A program made the position numbers and the translations under genes. Below, in pieces: positions 1 to 12,892 of a stretch of DNA of 32,000 nucleotides. The notes under the pieces were generated by a model. The model worked only from the letters and a program-made list of their open reading frames with translations, did no database searches and was not told the origin of the DNA. The stretch's first letter is position 1, and the number at the start of each line of letters is the position of its first letter. Source of the DNA: Candidatus Saccharimonadota bacterium (GTDB lineage Bacteria > Pseudomonadota > Gammaproteobacteria > Enterobacterales > Enterobacteriaceae); the NCBI RefSeq assembly GCF_000090965.1, contig NC_008513.1:1-32000 (forward strand). Direction: 5' to 3'.

Positions 1-1905
1 ATGTTTTTTTATGAAAAATTTGATATTATTGTTATCGGAGCTGGACACGCTGGTACAGAAGCGGCTTCAGCGTCTTCAAGAATGGGTCAGAAAACTTTAT
101 TAATTACACAAAAAAGAAGTACTATAGGAACACTTTCATGTAATCCAGCTATAGGAGGTTTAGGTAAAAGTCAATTAGTTAAAGAAATTGATGCATTAGG
201 TGGTTTGATGGCAAAAGTTATTGATTATTCAGGTATTCAATTTAGAATACTAAATTCTAAGAAAGGATATGCTGTACGTTCTACACGAGCACAAGCAGAT
301 CGATTTTTGTATCAAAAAAATATGAATTATTTTTTAAATAATCAAAAAAATTTAACAATTTTTGAACAAGAAGTTTCAGATATAATAATTAAAAATTATC
401 AAGTTCAAGGAATTATTACTAGTGATGGAAAAATTTTTAAAAGTTCTATTGTTATTTTAACTGCTGGGACATTTTTAAATGGAAAAATGTATATTGGTTC
501 TGATGTTTTTGATGGTGGAAGAAGAAATGATGTATCAGCATCAATATTAGCAAATAATTTAAAAAAATATTTTTCAAAAATAGGTCGATTAAAAACTGGT
601 ACACCACCGAGATTAAAAAAAAAAAGTATAAATTTTGATATTTTAAAAAAACAATATGGAGATTATCCTACACCAGTTTTTTCTTTTTTAGGTAAAATAG
701 AACAACATCCAAAACAAGTACCTTGTTATATTACATATACAAATGATCATACTCATTCAATTATTAAAAAAAACTTACATTTAAGTCCTTTATATAGTGG
801 TTCTATTACAGGCATAGGTCCAAGATATTGTCCATCTATTGAAGATAAAATAATTAAATTTCCAGACAAAATTAGTCATCAAATATTTTTAGAACCTGAA
901 GGTATTAATAGTGAAATTATTTATCCTAATGGAATATCTACTAGTTTACCAAAAGATATTCAAGTAGATCTGATACAATCAATTTCTGGATTAGAAAATG
1001 CTCATATTGTTCATTCTGGTTATGCCGTTGAATATGATTATTTTGATCCTCGTGATTTAAAAATGACTTTAGAATCAAAAAAAATTAAAAACTTATTTAT
1101 GGCTGGACAAATTAATGGGACTACTGGATACGAAGAAGCAGCTGCACAGGGTTTAATTGCTGGTTTAAATGCAGCTTTAAAGATTCAATGCAAAGATACT
1201 TGGTATCCTAAAAGAAATGAGGCTTATATTGGAGTATTAATTGATGATTTATGTAGTAAAGGAACATCTGAACCATATCGTATGTTTACTTCTAGAGCAG
1301 AATATAGATTATTATTAAGAGAAAATAATGCTGATGAAAGATTAACTACTATTGGTTATAAATTAGGTTTAATAGATGATTTCCGTTGGAAAATTTTTTC
1401 TAAAAAACAAGATAGTATTTCAAGAGAACGTAATCGTTTAAAAAATATTATATTACAACCAAAAACTGTTTTTTTTTCTTCTAATAATAAAAAAACAATA
1501 TATTTAAAAAAAAAATGTACTGCATTTGATCTTTTACGTAGACCAGAAATTTCATATAATGATTTAATTTTGTTTCTTAATTCTTTTTTAAAAAAAAAAA
1601 TTGTTATTAAAAATAAAGAAATTACTGAAGAAATTGAAACTCAAAGTAAATATTTTGGATATATTCAACGACAAGAAAAAGAAATAAAAAAATATAAATA
1701 TTATGAAAATAAAAAACTTTATTGTATAAAAGATTATAGAGAAATTTTAGGTTTATCTAATGAAGCAATTATTAAATTAAATAAATATCGTCCATCTTCA
1801 ATTGGGCAAGCTTTGCGTATTTCAGGAATAACTCCAGTTACAATTTCAATATTATTAATATTTTTAAAAAAAAGAAAAAAAAAAAAGTTTTATTTTAAAA
1901 AATAA
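1..1905 (+). CDS. mnmG: tRNA uridine 5-carboxymethylaminomethyl modification enzyme MnmG (GidA)
   Basis: Intact 634-codon ORF with ATG at nt 1. It has the N-terminal FAD fold [15 protein letters not shown] plus CNPAIGG and [11 protein letters not shown] motifs. It is collinear with E. coli MnmG (about 629 aa) along its whole length. Confidence 0.97.
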   Translation: MFFYEKFDIIVIGAGHAGTEAASASSRMGQKTLLITQKRSTIGTLSCNPAIGGLGKSQLVKEIDALGGLMAKVIDYSGIQFRILNSKKGYAVRSTRAQADRFLYQKNMNYFLNNQKNLTIFEQEVSDIIIKNYQVQGIITSDGKIFKSSIVILTAGTFLNGKMYIGSDVFDGGRRNDVSASILANNLKKYFSKIGRLKTGTPPRLKKKSINFDILKKQYGDYPTPVFSFLGKIEQHPKQVPCYITYTNDHTHSIIKKNLHLSPLYSGSITGIGPRYCPSIEDKIIKFPDKISHQIFLEPEGINSEIIYPNGISTSLPKDIQVDLIQSISGLENAHIVHSGYAVEYDYFDPRDLKMTLESKKIKNLFMAGQINGTTGYEEAAAQGLIAGLNAALKIQCKDTWYPKRNEAYIGVLIDDLCSKGTSEPYRMFTSRAEYRLLLRENNADERLTTIGYKLGLIDDFRWKIFSKKQDSISRERNRLKNIILQPKTVFFSSNNKKTIYLKKKCTAFDLLRRPEISYNDLILFLNSFLKKKIVIKNKEITEEIETQSKYFGYIQRQEKEIKKYKYYENKKLYCIKDYREILGLSNEAIIKLNKYRPSSIGQALRISGITPVTISILLIFLKKRKKKKFYFKK

Positions 1906-1926
1906 ATATTTTATTTTTCGTTTTTT

Positions 1927-1954
1927 GGCAGGTTTAAAAACGTTAATACCTGCC
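1927..1954. terminator. GC-containing perfect inverted repeat GGCAGGT-N14-ACCTGCC between the convergent mnmG and gyrB stops
   Basis: A 7-bp perfect stem read directly from the sequence, and one of very few G/C-bearing motifs in any spacer here. A T6 run precedes it on the + strand, which reads as A6 after it on the - strand. It therefore lacks a canonical 3' U-tract in either orientation. Confidence 0.4.
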
Positions 1955-1980
1955 GAAAGTAAATATTTTTAATGTTTTTT

Positions 1981-4407
<2,427 letters not shown>

Positions 4408-4534
4408 TTATAAGATTTTTATTTAAATCTCTTTTAAAAAAGAGATTTTTATAAATTAATAATTTTAAGATATGGTAATTAAAATTTAATATTTATTTAA
4501 AACATAATATTTTTATGTACTTAATATTTTTATA

Positions 4535-5641
4535 TTATAATTTTAAAGGCATTATTATATATAATATTTCTTTTTTTTTATCTGATTGAATTTGAATGCT
4601 AGAAATAGGAATTCTAAATGATATAGTAATAACTTCAACATCTAATACATTAAGAATATCTAATAGATAAAACACATTTATATGAAAAGAGATTTTTATT
4701 TTTTTATTATCAATAATAAATGAATCATATGATTTTTCGTCTTCTTGATTTTTTGATGTAATTATTAATTTATTTTTTAAAAAATTTAAACAAACACCTT
4801 TAAATATAGTATTGCATAATATTGATGTTTTTGATAATGATTTTTTTAATGGTTTTGTAGGTATTAAAATAGAATATTTTTTTTTTTTTAAAATTACGTC
4901 GTTATAATTAGGAAAGTTTCCGTCTAATATTTTTGTTTTTAATAAAATTTCATTTATTTTAAATGCAACATAATTATTATTAATAATTACTTTTACTTTT
5001 TTGTTTGTGTAATTAATTAGTCTAAATAATTCTAGTATACTTTTTTTATTAATAATAATAGAAAAATTTTTTATATTTAAATTTATTGCAATTTTGTATA
5101 CTGATAATCGATATCCGTCTGTTGTTACACCATATAAATTATTTTTTTTATATTCTATAAGTATTCCATTTAACACATTTCTAATATCATTATTTGCTAT
5201 TGAAAAAAATATTAATGAAATAATTTCTTTTAATATTTTTTCAGAAATAAAAAATTCTTTTTTTTTTATAAAATCATTAAAAATAGGAAAATTAGTACAA
5301 ATCATAGTATTTAATTCAAATAAACTATTTAGTATACAAATACGCATTTTTTTATTTATAATTTTAAAATGTAATATTGCATCTTTAGATATATTACGAC
5401 AAATATTTAAAATTTTTTTTCCAGAAATTGCAACACATCCAGATTTATATAAAATAAAAAATTTTTTATCTATATACGCATTTAATTCTACTTCTAAATT
5501 TGAACTAGTTAATTTTAATTTTTTTTCGTTAATTTTAATAATTATGTTTTCTAATATTGGAAATATTGGATTTTTTGTAATAATTCTATTCATTTTTTTA
5601 AATGAGTTAAAAAAATCATTTTTTTTAATTTTAAATTCCAT
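4535..5641 (-). CDS. dnaN: DNA polymerase III beta sliding clamp
   Basis: 368 aa (E. coli 366 aa), placed directly downstream of dnaA. It is divergent but collinear: TDGYRLS matches E. coli TDGHRLA, and the C-terminus YIIMPLKL matches E. coli YVVMPMRL. Confidence 0.9.
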   Translation of the reverse strand: MEFKIKKNDFFNSFKKMNRIITKNPIFPILENIIIKINEKKLKLTSSNLEVELNAYIDKKFFILYKSGCVAISGKKILNICRNISKDAILHFKIINKKMRICILNSLFELNTMICTNFPIFNDFIKKKEFFISEKILKEIISLIFFSIANNDIRNVLNGILIEYKKNNLYGVTTDGYRLSVYKIAINLNIKNFSIIINKKSILELFRLINYTNKKVKVIINNNYVAFKINEILLKTKILDGNFPNYNDVILKKKKYSILIPTKPLKKSLSKTSILCNTIFKGVCLNFLKNKLIITSKNQEDEKSYDSFIIDNKKIKISFHINVFYLLDILNVLDVEVITISFRIPISSIQIQSDKKKEILYIIMPLKL

Positions 5642-5646
5642 AAATT

Positions 5647-6960
5647 TTATGCATTTAATTGGTTAAAGAGATATATAAAATCAGAATAAATTTCTGTTTT
5701 TTTTTTTTTAAGTTGATTTATTTTTTTATAAGCATATAAAACAGTAGTATGATCTTTTTTTCCAAATGCTGTTCCAATTTCTGAAAAGCTATAATGTGTT
5801 AGTTTTTTAGCTAGTGTCATAGCTATTTGTCTAGGATGTACAATTGATTGAGATCTTTTTTGAGAGATCATATCAGATATTCTAATATTAAAATATTTAG
5901 CAACAATTTTTTGAATATATATAATATTTATGTTTTTTTTCTTTTTTTTTATTTTATTTAAAATTTTTTTTACTAAATTAATAGTTATCTTTTCTTTATT
6001 TAATATAGATAATATTTGTATTTTTTTTAAAATACCCTCTAACTCTCTTACATTAGAAAATATTTTTTTTGCAATATATTTAGCTACTTCATAAGATAGA
6101 AGAATTTTATTTTCATATGCTTTATGCAATAAAATTTTAATTCTAGTTTTTAATTCTGGAGGATTTATTGAAATTGTTAACCCCCATTTAAATCTTGATT
6201 TTAATTGTTCAGTAATACCAGAAATATATTCAGGATAACAATCAGCTGTTAATACAATTTTTTGTTGTTTATTAAATAAGGTATTAAATGTATTGAATAA
6301 TTCTTCTTGTGATTTCTTTTTATTAGAAAAAAACTGAATATCATCTAATAAAAGTACATCAATAGATCGATAGTAATTTTTGAATTTATCTATAGAATTA
6401 TTTTTTAATGAATTTACCATATTTTGAATAAAATTTTCTGAGTGTATATAAATTACTTTTTTTTTTTTATTTTTTATTAAAAATTTATTACCAATTGCGT
6501 GTAGTAAATGAGTTTTTCCAAGACCAGTATTACCATATAAAAATAATGGATTATAAAAATTTTTTAAATTTTTTGTAAATTTATAAGAAGAATAGTAAGC
6601 TAGTTGATTTGATTGACCTTGAATAAAATTATGAAATTGATATTTTTTATTGATTTCTGAATGTAAATATATTTGAATATTTTTTTTTTTGTATATACAT
6701 TTTTTTTTTTCTAGTTTTTTTTTTTCTATATTAATAATAATTTTTGGTGGATTATTACTGCATATTTTATATAATATTTTTTTAAAAATATTTACATATT
6801 TTTTTTTAATCCACCTAAATATAAATAGATTAGGAGTGTATATATAAATTATATTATTTTTAATAGTTACTTTTAATGGTAAAATCCATAAACTAAATTC
6901 TACCGGTGATAACTTTATTTGTAATTGTATTAAACATTTTTTCCATATTGGAAATATCAT
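5647..6960 (-). CDS. dnaA: Chromosomal replication initiator DnaA
   Basis: 437 aa with an ATG start. It has the Walker A GNTGLGKTHLLHAIG, the box LLLDDIQFF, and the DNA-binding-domain motif DHTTVLYAYKKI. The N-terminus IWKKCLIQLQIKLSPVEFSLWI is collinear with E. coli DnaA. Confidence 0.96.
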   Translation of the reverse strand: MIFPIWKKCLIQLQIKLSPVEFSLWILPLKVTIKNNIIYIYTPNLFIFRWIKKKYVNIFKKILYKICSNNPPKIIINIEKKKLEKKKCIYKKKNIQIYLHSEINKKYQFHNFIQGQSNQLAYYSSYKFTKNLKNFYNPLFLYGNTGLGKTHLLHAIGNKFLIKNKKKKVIYIHSENFIQNMVNSLKNNSIDKFKNYYRSIDVLLLDDIQFFSNKKKSQEELFNTFNTLFNKQQKIVLTADCYPEYISGITEQLKSRFKWGLTISINPPELKTRIKILLHKAYENKILLSYEVAKYIAKKIFSNVRELEGILKKIQILSILNKEKITINLVKKILNKIKKKKKNINIIYIQKIVAKYFNIRISDMISQKRSQSIVHPRQIAMTLAKKLTHYSFSEIGTAFGKKDHTTVLYAYKKINQLKKKKTEIYSDFIYLFNQLNA

Positions 6961-7219
6961 ATATTAAATATCCATAATATAATAAATTATTAATAATAAT
7001 TAATAAACATATTAAATTTGATTTATTAATATTGTATTTTTAATAAATATAAATAATATAAAAATTTTTAGTTATATATTTTTTAATAAAAATTAAATTT
7101 TATTTATTTAAACAAAATTATTTTTTTTAAAAACAATTATTGATAATAAATTTTATAACTGATATTTTATATTATAAAATAATTTTTTATTTATTAAAAA
7201 TTTAGAAGGGAAATATAGT

Positions 7220-7354
7220 ATGAAACGTACTTTTCAACCATCTAATATTAGACGTAATCGTACACATGGTTTTCGTGCTCGCATGTCATCTAAAAGCGGT
7301 CGAAATATAATATCACATCGACGTTCAAAATTACGTTCAGTTTTATGTGTTTAG
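7220..7354 (+). CDS. rpmH: 50S ribosomal protein L34
   Basis: Not in the ORF track; translated by hand as [44 protein letters not shown] (44 aa, TAG stop). It matches E. coli L34 ([35 protein letters not shown]...). A Shine-Dalgarno-like GAAGGGA lies about 9 nt upstream. It holds the canonical position divergent from dnaA and upstream of rnpA. Confidence 0.95.
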   Translation: MKRTFQPSNIRRNRTHGFRARMSSKSGRNIISHRRSKLRSVLCV

Positions 7355-7376
7355 TTATTAAATAAATATTTTAAAA

Positions 7377-7721
7377 ATGTCACAATTTTCTTTTCATAAA
7401 AAATTACGTTTTATATCAAATACTAAATTTTATTTTACATGTAATAAAAAAAATAAAATTTATACAAAAAATTTTGTTTTATTAGCTAATTTTAATTTTT
7501 TAAATTTTCCACGATTAAGTATTTCTATTTCTAAAAAAAATATCAAAAAATCACATGATCGTAATAGAATTAAACGTATTATTAGAGAAAGTTTTCGTTT
7601 GTTTCAAAATAATTTAAAATATATGGATTTTTTTTTTGATTGTAAAAAAAATGTACATTTATATGATAATAAAATTATTTTTTATTTTTTACGAAAATTA
7701 TGGTTTATGAAAAAAAATTAA
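7377..7721 (+). CDS. rnpA: RNase P protein component
   Basis: 114 aa with an ATG start. It carries the conserved RNR motif region KKNIKKSHDRNRIKRIIRESFR. It is collinear with E. coli RnpA (119 aa) and shows rpmH-rnpA synteny. Confidence 0.93.
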   Translation: MSQFSFHKKLRFISNTKFYFTCNKKNKIYTKNFVLLANFNFLNFPRLSISISKKNIKKSHDRNRIKRIIRESFRLFQNNLKYMDFFFDCKKNVHLYDNKIIFYFLRKLWFMKKN

Positions 7722-8128
7722 GTTAATTTAAATAAATTATATCATGTATTAATATATAATAGATATATTTTTTGTTTTATTTTTTAATTATAGTTGATAA
7801 AATTTTTATAATATATATATAATATTTTATTTTTTAAATATTTTAAATTTTTTTTATTTTTAAAAATGAAAAATTTTTTAAAATGTTTTTCTAATTTTAA
7901 TTAGAATATTTATTATAAAATAGTAGTTTTATATAATTTTGATTGTAATTTTTAATAAATTATAAGAATTCATATTTTATTATATTTAAATAGTTTTTAA
8001 ATAAATATTAAATAAAAAAAAATTTATATTTATATATTTTATAAACAATTATAAATAATTAGAAAATATAATTTTTAATATAATGATTATAAAAGAAAAT
8101 AATAATAAATTAAAATAGGTAAATTACT

Positions 8129-8986
8129 ATGTTACAAAAATATTTTTTCACTACTAGAATATTAAAATATCTAAAATTATATACTTTTTATTCACATCAA
8201 TTAAATGATTTTTTTTCTTCTTTTAATTTTATTTCTAAGTTGTCTTATTTTAAATCGTATATTTTATATAATATATTTTCTAATTTTTTATGTAAATTAG
8301 AAATGCAAATAAATTTATCAAAAATTTCTGATAATTTATCATTAATAAATCGATATGGAAAATTACATATTATTGCTTATCCTTTATTTCACTTATTAAA
8401 TTTTTTTTATAAATTTTTTAATAATTGGGGAATAGCAATTATTTTTGTTACTATTCTTATTAAAATTATTATATATCCTTTGACTAAATTACAATATACT
8501 TCAGTTTTACAAATGAAATTATTACAACCAAAAATTGATATATTAAAAAATAAATATGCTGATAATAAAGATAAAATGAATAAAAAAATTTTAGAATTAT
8601 ATTCTTCTAAAAAATTTAATCCATTTAATAGTTTTTTTTCATTTTTAATTCAAACTCCTATATTTTTAGCTTTTTATTCTGTTTTGTCTTCTTCTGTAGA
8701 ATTAAAAAATGCACCTTTTTTTTTATGGATTAAAGACTTATCTAGTTATGATCCATATCATGTATTACCATTACTAATGGGTATTAGTATTTTATTAACA
8801 CAAATAAGTGAGATTGATGATAAAACTACTAGAAAAAGAAAATTTTTAAGTTTTTTTTCTGTTTTTTTTGCAGCCTTTTTTTTATGGTTTCCGTCTGGAT
8901 TAATTTTATATTATATTACAAGTAATATAGTTACATTAATACAGCATTGGTTTATACGTATACAGTTTTTCAAAAAAAATACTTAA
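8129..8986 (+). CDS. yidC: Membrane protein insertase YidC, N-terminally truncated (C-terminal core only)
   Basis: 285 aa versus 548 aa in E. coli. The ORF begins at MLQKYFFTT, which aligns with E. coli ...AMLQQYFATAW in the distal P1 domain. It then runs collinearly through NWGIAIIFVTILIKIIIYPLTKLQYTS, LLQPKI, NPFNSFFSFLIQTPIFLAFY and FFLWFPSGLILYYITSNIVTLIQ. An in-frame TAA lies 9 nt upstream of the ATG, and a weak SD (AGGT) lies upstream. Confidence 0.9.
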   Translation: MLQKYFFTTRILKYLKLYTFYSHQLNDFFSSFNFISKLSYFKSYILYNIFSNFLCKLEMQINLSKISDNLSLINRYGKLHIIAYPLFHLLNFFYKFFNNWGIAIIFVTILIKIIIYPLTKLQYTSVLQMKLLQPKIDILKNKYADNKDKMNKKILELYSSKKFNPFNSFFSFLIQTPIFLAFYSVLSSSVELKNAPFFLWIKDLSSYDPYHVLPLLMGISILLTQISEIDDKTTRKRKFLSFFSVFFAAFFLWFPSGLILYYITSNIVTLIQHWFIRIQFFKKNT

Positions 8987-9060
8987 TTTTATTAAAATTT
9001 TTTTTTTATTTTATTAAATTATTTAAAAAAGAGTTTTATTATATATGGAATAAAATAGTT

Positions 9061-10425
9061 ATGAAATTTTTTGATACTATAGTTTCTCCAGCTACTGTGA
9101 TCGGTCGTTCAGGTATAGGAATTATAAGAATTTCTGGAATTTCAGTATTAAAAATAATAAAAAAATTTTTAAAAATTTCTATGAAAGAAAGATTCGCATA
9201 TTTTTCATCTTTTTATGATGTTAAAAATAATTTATTAGATCAAGGAATAGCTTTATTTTTTTTAGCTCCTAAATCTTTTACAGGAGAAAATATTTTAGAA
9301 TTTCATAGTCATGGAAACCCTATTATATTAGATTTATTAATTAAAAATATTTTAACAATTAAAAATGTTAGGATAGCGAATCCAGGTGAATTTTCAAAAA
9401 GAGCATTTTTAAATAATAAAATTGATTTAGTTCAAGCTGAAGCTATTAATGATATAATAAATGCTGAATCACATTTATCAGTTAAAGCGGCTTTGTCTTC
9501 ATTAAGGGGTACTTTTTCTAAAAAAATAAATAAAATTTTATTTAATTTAAAAGATATATATTCTGAAATTGAAGCTATTATTAATTTTCCTGAAGAATTA
9601 AACGATTTAAATATACAAAAAAATATTAAAAAAAAATTATCTTTTATTATAAAAATGATAACTAATTTATTAGATGAAACACATAAAAATTATATATTTT
9701 CTAATACTATCAAAATAGTTATTGCTGGACCTCCAAATGTAGGTAAATCTAGTTTATTAAATTTTCTATCAAAAGAAAAAGTTTCTATAGTTACTAATAT
9801 TCCAGGTACTACTCGTGATGTTATACATAAAAATATATGGTTTAATGGCGTATGTTGTGAATTTTTAGATACTGCGGGATTACAAAAAAGTCAAGATATT
9901 ATTGAAGTAATAGGTATTAAATTAGCAAAAAAACATATTAAATCTTGTAATCATATTTTTTTAATGTTTGATGTTACAAAAAAAAAAATGATTAATAATA
10001 ATTTTATAAAAAATATTGTTAATAACTTAAAAAAAAATCAAAATATTACTTTTATTTTTAACAAAATTGATTTAATTAATAAAAAACCATATATAAGTAT
10101 TATTTATAAAAAATTTGAATGTATTTATTTATCTCTTAAAAAAAATATTGGTATAGAATATTTAAAAAATAAAATTTTAGAAATTACTACATTACATAAT
10201 AATGTAGAAAGCACATTTTTAGCAAAAAAAAGACATATATCAGCATTAAAAAAATCATTGATGTATTTAATTAATGGTAAAAGAAATTGGATGAAAAATT
10301 TATATTTAGAATTATTATCTGATGATATTCGTTTATCTATAAAATATTTATTAAAAATAACAGGAAAATTTAATAGTGAAGATTTATTAGATAAAATTTT
10401 TTCTAAATTTTGTATTGGAAAATAA
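9061..10425 (+). CDS. mnmE: tRNA modification GTPase MnmE (TrmE/ThdF)
   Basis: The track ORF starts at 8947 and overlaps yidC. The homologous start is the ATG at 9061: MKFFDTIVSPATVIGRSGIGIIRISG versus E. coli [26 protein letters not shown]. This gives 454 aa (E. coli 454). It has the G-domain GPPNVGKSSLLN and DTAGL, and the C-terminal FCIGK. Confidence 0.94.
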   Translation: MKFFDTIVSPATVIGRSGIGIIRISGISVLKIIKKFLKISMKERFAYFSSFYDVKNNLLDQGIALFFLAPKSFTGENILEFHSHGNPIILDLLIKNILTIKNVRIANPGEFSKRAFLNNKIDLVQAEAINDIINAESHLSVKAALSSLRGTFSKKINKILFNLKDIYSEIEAIINFPEELNDLNIQKNIKKKLSFIIKMITNLLDETHKNYIFSNTIKIVIAGPPNVGKSSLLNFLSKEKVSIVTNIPGTTRDVIHKNIWFNGVCCEFLDTAGLQKSQDIIEVIGIKLAKKHIKSCNHIFLMFDVTKKKMINNNFIKNIVNNLKKNQNITFIFNKIDLINKKPYISIIYKKFECIYLSLKKNIGIEYLKNKILEITTLHNNVESTFLAKKRHISALKKSLMYLINGKRNWMKNLYLELLSDDIRLSIKYLLKITGKFNSEDLLDKIFSKFCIGK

Positions 10426-10465
10426 TTTTGGTATTAAAAAAAATATTTAAAAAATATATAGATTT

Positions 10466-10538
10466 TGCCCGGAGGCGGAATTGAACCACCGACACGGGGA
10501 TTTTCAGTCCCCTGCTCTACCGACTGAGCTATCCGGGC
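10466..10538 (-). tRNA. tRNA-Phe (anticodon GAA), no encoded 3' CCA
   Basis: The reverse complement reads GCCCGGATAGCTCAGTCGGTAGAGCAGGGGACTGAAAATCCCCGTGTCGGTGGTTCAATTCCGCCTCCGGGCA. This is a cloverleaf with anticodon loop CTGAAAA. It is near-identical to E. coli tRNA-Phe, and the discriminator A is followed by AAA rather than CCA. Confidence 0.95.
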
Positions 10539-10630
10539 GTTAAAAATATTAAACATGAAATTAATAGTTTTGTCAATGTTTTTATATTATTTAATATATA
10601 TATTAAAATAAAAAAATAAAATTTAAATTT

Positions 10631-10662
10631 CCCCTTGAAATTCTTTCTTAAGGTCCATATAT
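10631..10662 (+). promoter_or_regulatory. Sigma-32 (RpoH) heat-shock promoter of groES-groEL
   Basis: The sequence is tttCCCCTTGAAAttctttcttaaggtCCATATAT. The -35 matches the sigma-32 consensus CCCTTGAA. A 13-nt spacer precedes a -10 that matches CCCCATNTA at CCAT-TA. It lies about 90 nt upstream of the groES ATG and is a G/C island in an A/T-only spacer. Confidence 0.75.
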
Positions 10663-10753
10663 TCTTAAAATATAAGAGTTGAATAAAATAAATTTCTCTT
10701 AGTAATTATTTAATAGATATTATTTAGATTTAAATTGAAAAAAGGATTATTAT

Positions 10754-11047
10754 ATGAAGCTTCGTCCATTGCATGATAGAGTAATTGTTAAACGCAATGA
10801 AGTAGAATTAAAATCTGCTGGAGGTATTGTTTTAACAGGTTCAGCAGCTGGAAAATCTACTCGTGGAGTTGTTTTATCAGTTGGTAAAGGTCGAATTTTA
10901 GATAATGGTAGTATAAAAAAATTAGATGTAAAAGTTGGAGATATTGTTATTTTTAATGAAGGTTATGGAGCAAAAACAGAAACGATTAATAATGAAGAAG
11001 TATTAATTCTTACAGAAAATGATATTTTAGCAATTGTTGAAAAATAA
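10754..11047 (+). CDS. groES: Co-chaperonin GroES
   Basis: 97 aa, [32 protein letters not shown]..., close to E. coli GroES. The SD AAGGA lies upstream. Confidence 0.98.
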   Translation: MKLRPLHDRVIVKRNEVELKSAGGIVLTGSAAGKSTRGVVLSVGKGRILDNGSIKKLDVKVGDIVIFNEGYGAKTETINNEEVLILTENDILAIVEK

Positions 11048-11071
11048 AATTATATAAAAATTTATTTTTAA

Positions 11072-12754
<1,683 letters not shown>

Positions 12755-12826
12755 TTTTTTGTTTTTATGTTATATGTCAATATATAAAAAGAGTTATTAT
12801 ACTTTATTTAGTATACTTCATAATTT

Positions 12827-12859
12827 CCTTGTTCTCTTTTTCGTTCTTTGAGAACAAGG
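12827..12859 (+). terminator. Rho-independent-type terminator hairpin after groEL
   Basis: A perfect 10-bp stem CCTTGTTCTC-N13-GAGAACAAGG lies 73 nt after the groEL stop. It is followed by the U-rich GATTTCATATTTTATAT. Confidence 0.6.
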
Positions 12860-12892
12860 GATTTCATATTTTATATGTGAGAGATAATTAAT

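Noticed and set aside
4425-4448. Inverted repeat AAATCTCTTTT..AAAAGAGATTT in the dnaN-gyrB spacer as a possible dnaN terminator
   Set aside because: The stem is mostly A/T, and no U-tract follows it on the transcribed (-) strand. gyrB is probably co-transcribed or has its promoter here. The evidence is too weak to call a feature. The absence of recF between dnaN and gyrB is already typical of Buchnera.
5094-5666. 190-aa ORF on the + strand
   Set aside because: It is antisense to dnaN and runs across the dnaN/dnaA junction. Its composition is F/I/L/N low-complexity with no recognisable motifs.
6968-6976. DnaA-box-like ATATCCATA next to the dnaA start
   Set aside because: It matches the TTATCCACA consensus at only 7/9 positions, and both mismatches fall at conserved positions. 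A match of this kind is expected by chance in this composition.
7866-7904. 12-codon mini-ORF (MKNFLKCFSNFN*) in the rnpA-yidC spacer, possibly a yidD or yidC relic
   Set aside because: It has no SD, no similarity to YidD or the YidC N-terminus that I can see, and its length is trivial in A/T-rich DNA.
8947-9060. 38-codon N-terminal extension of the mnmE ORF overlapping the yidC 3' end
   Set aside because: Homology to MnmE begins exactly at the ATG at 9061. The extension is low-complexity and overlaps yidC by 40 nt.
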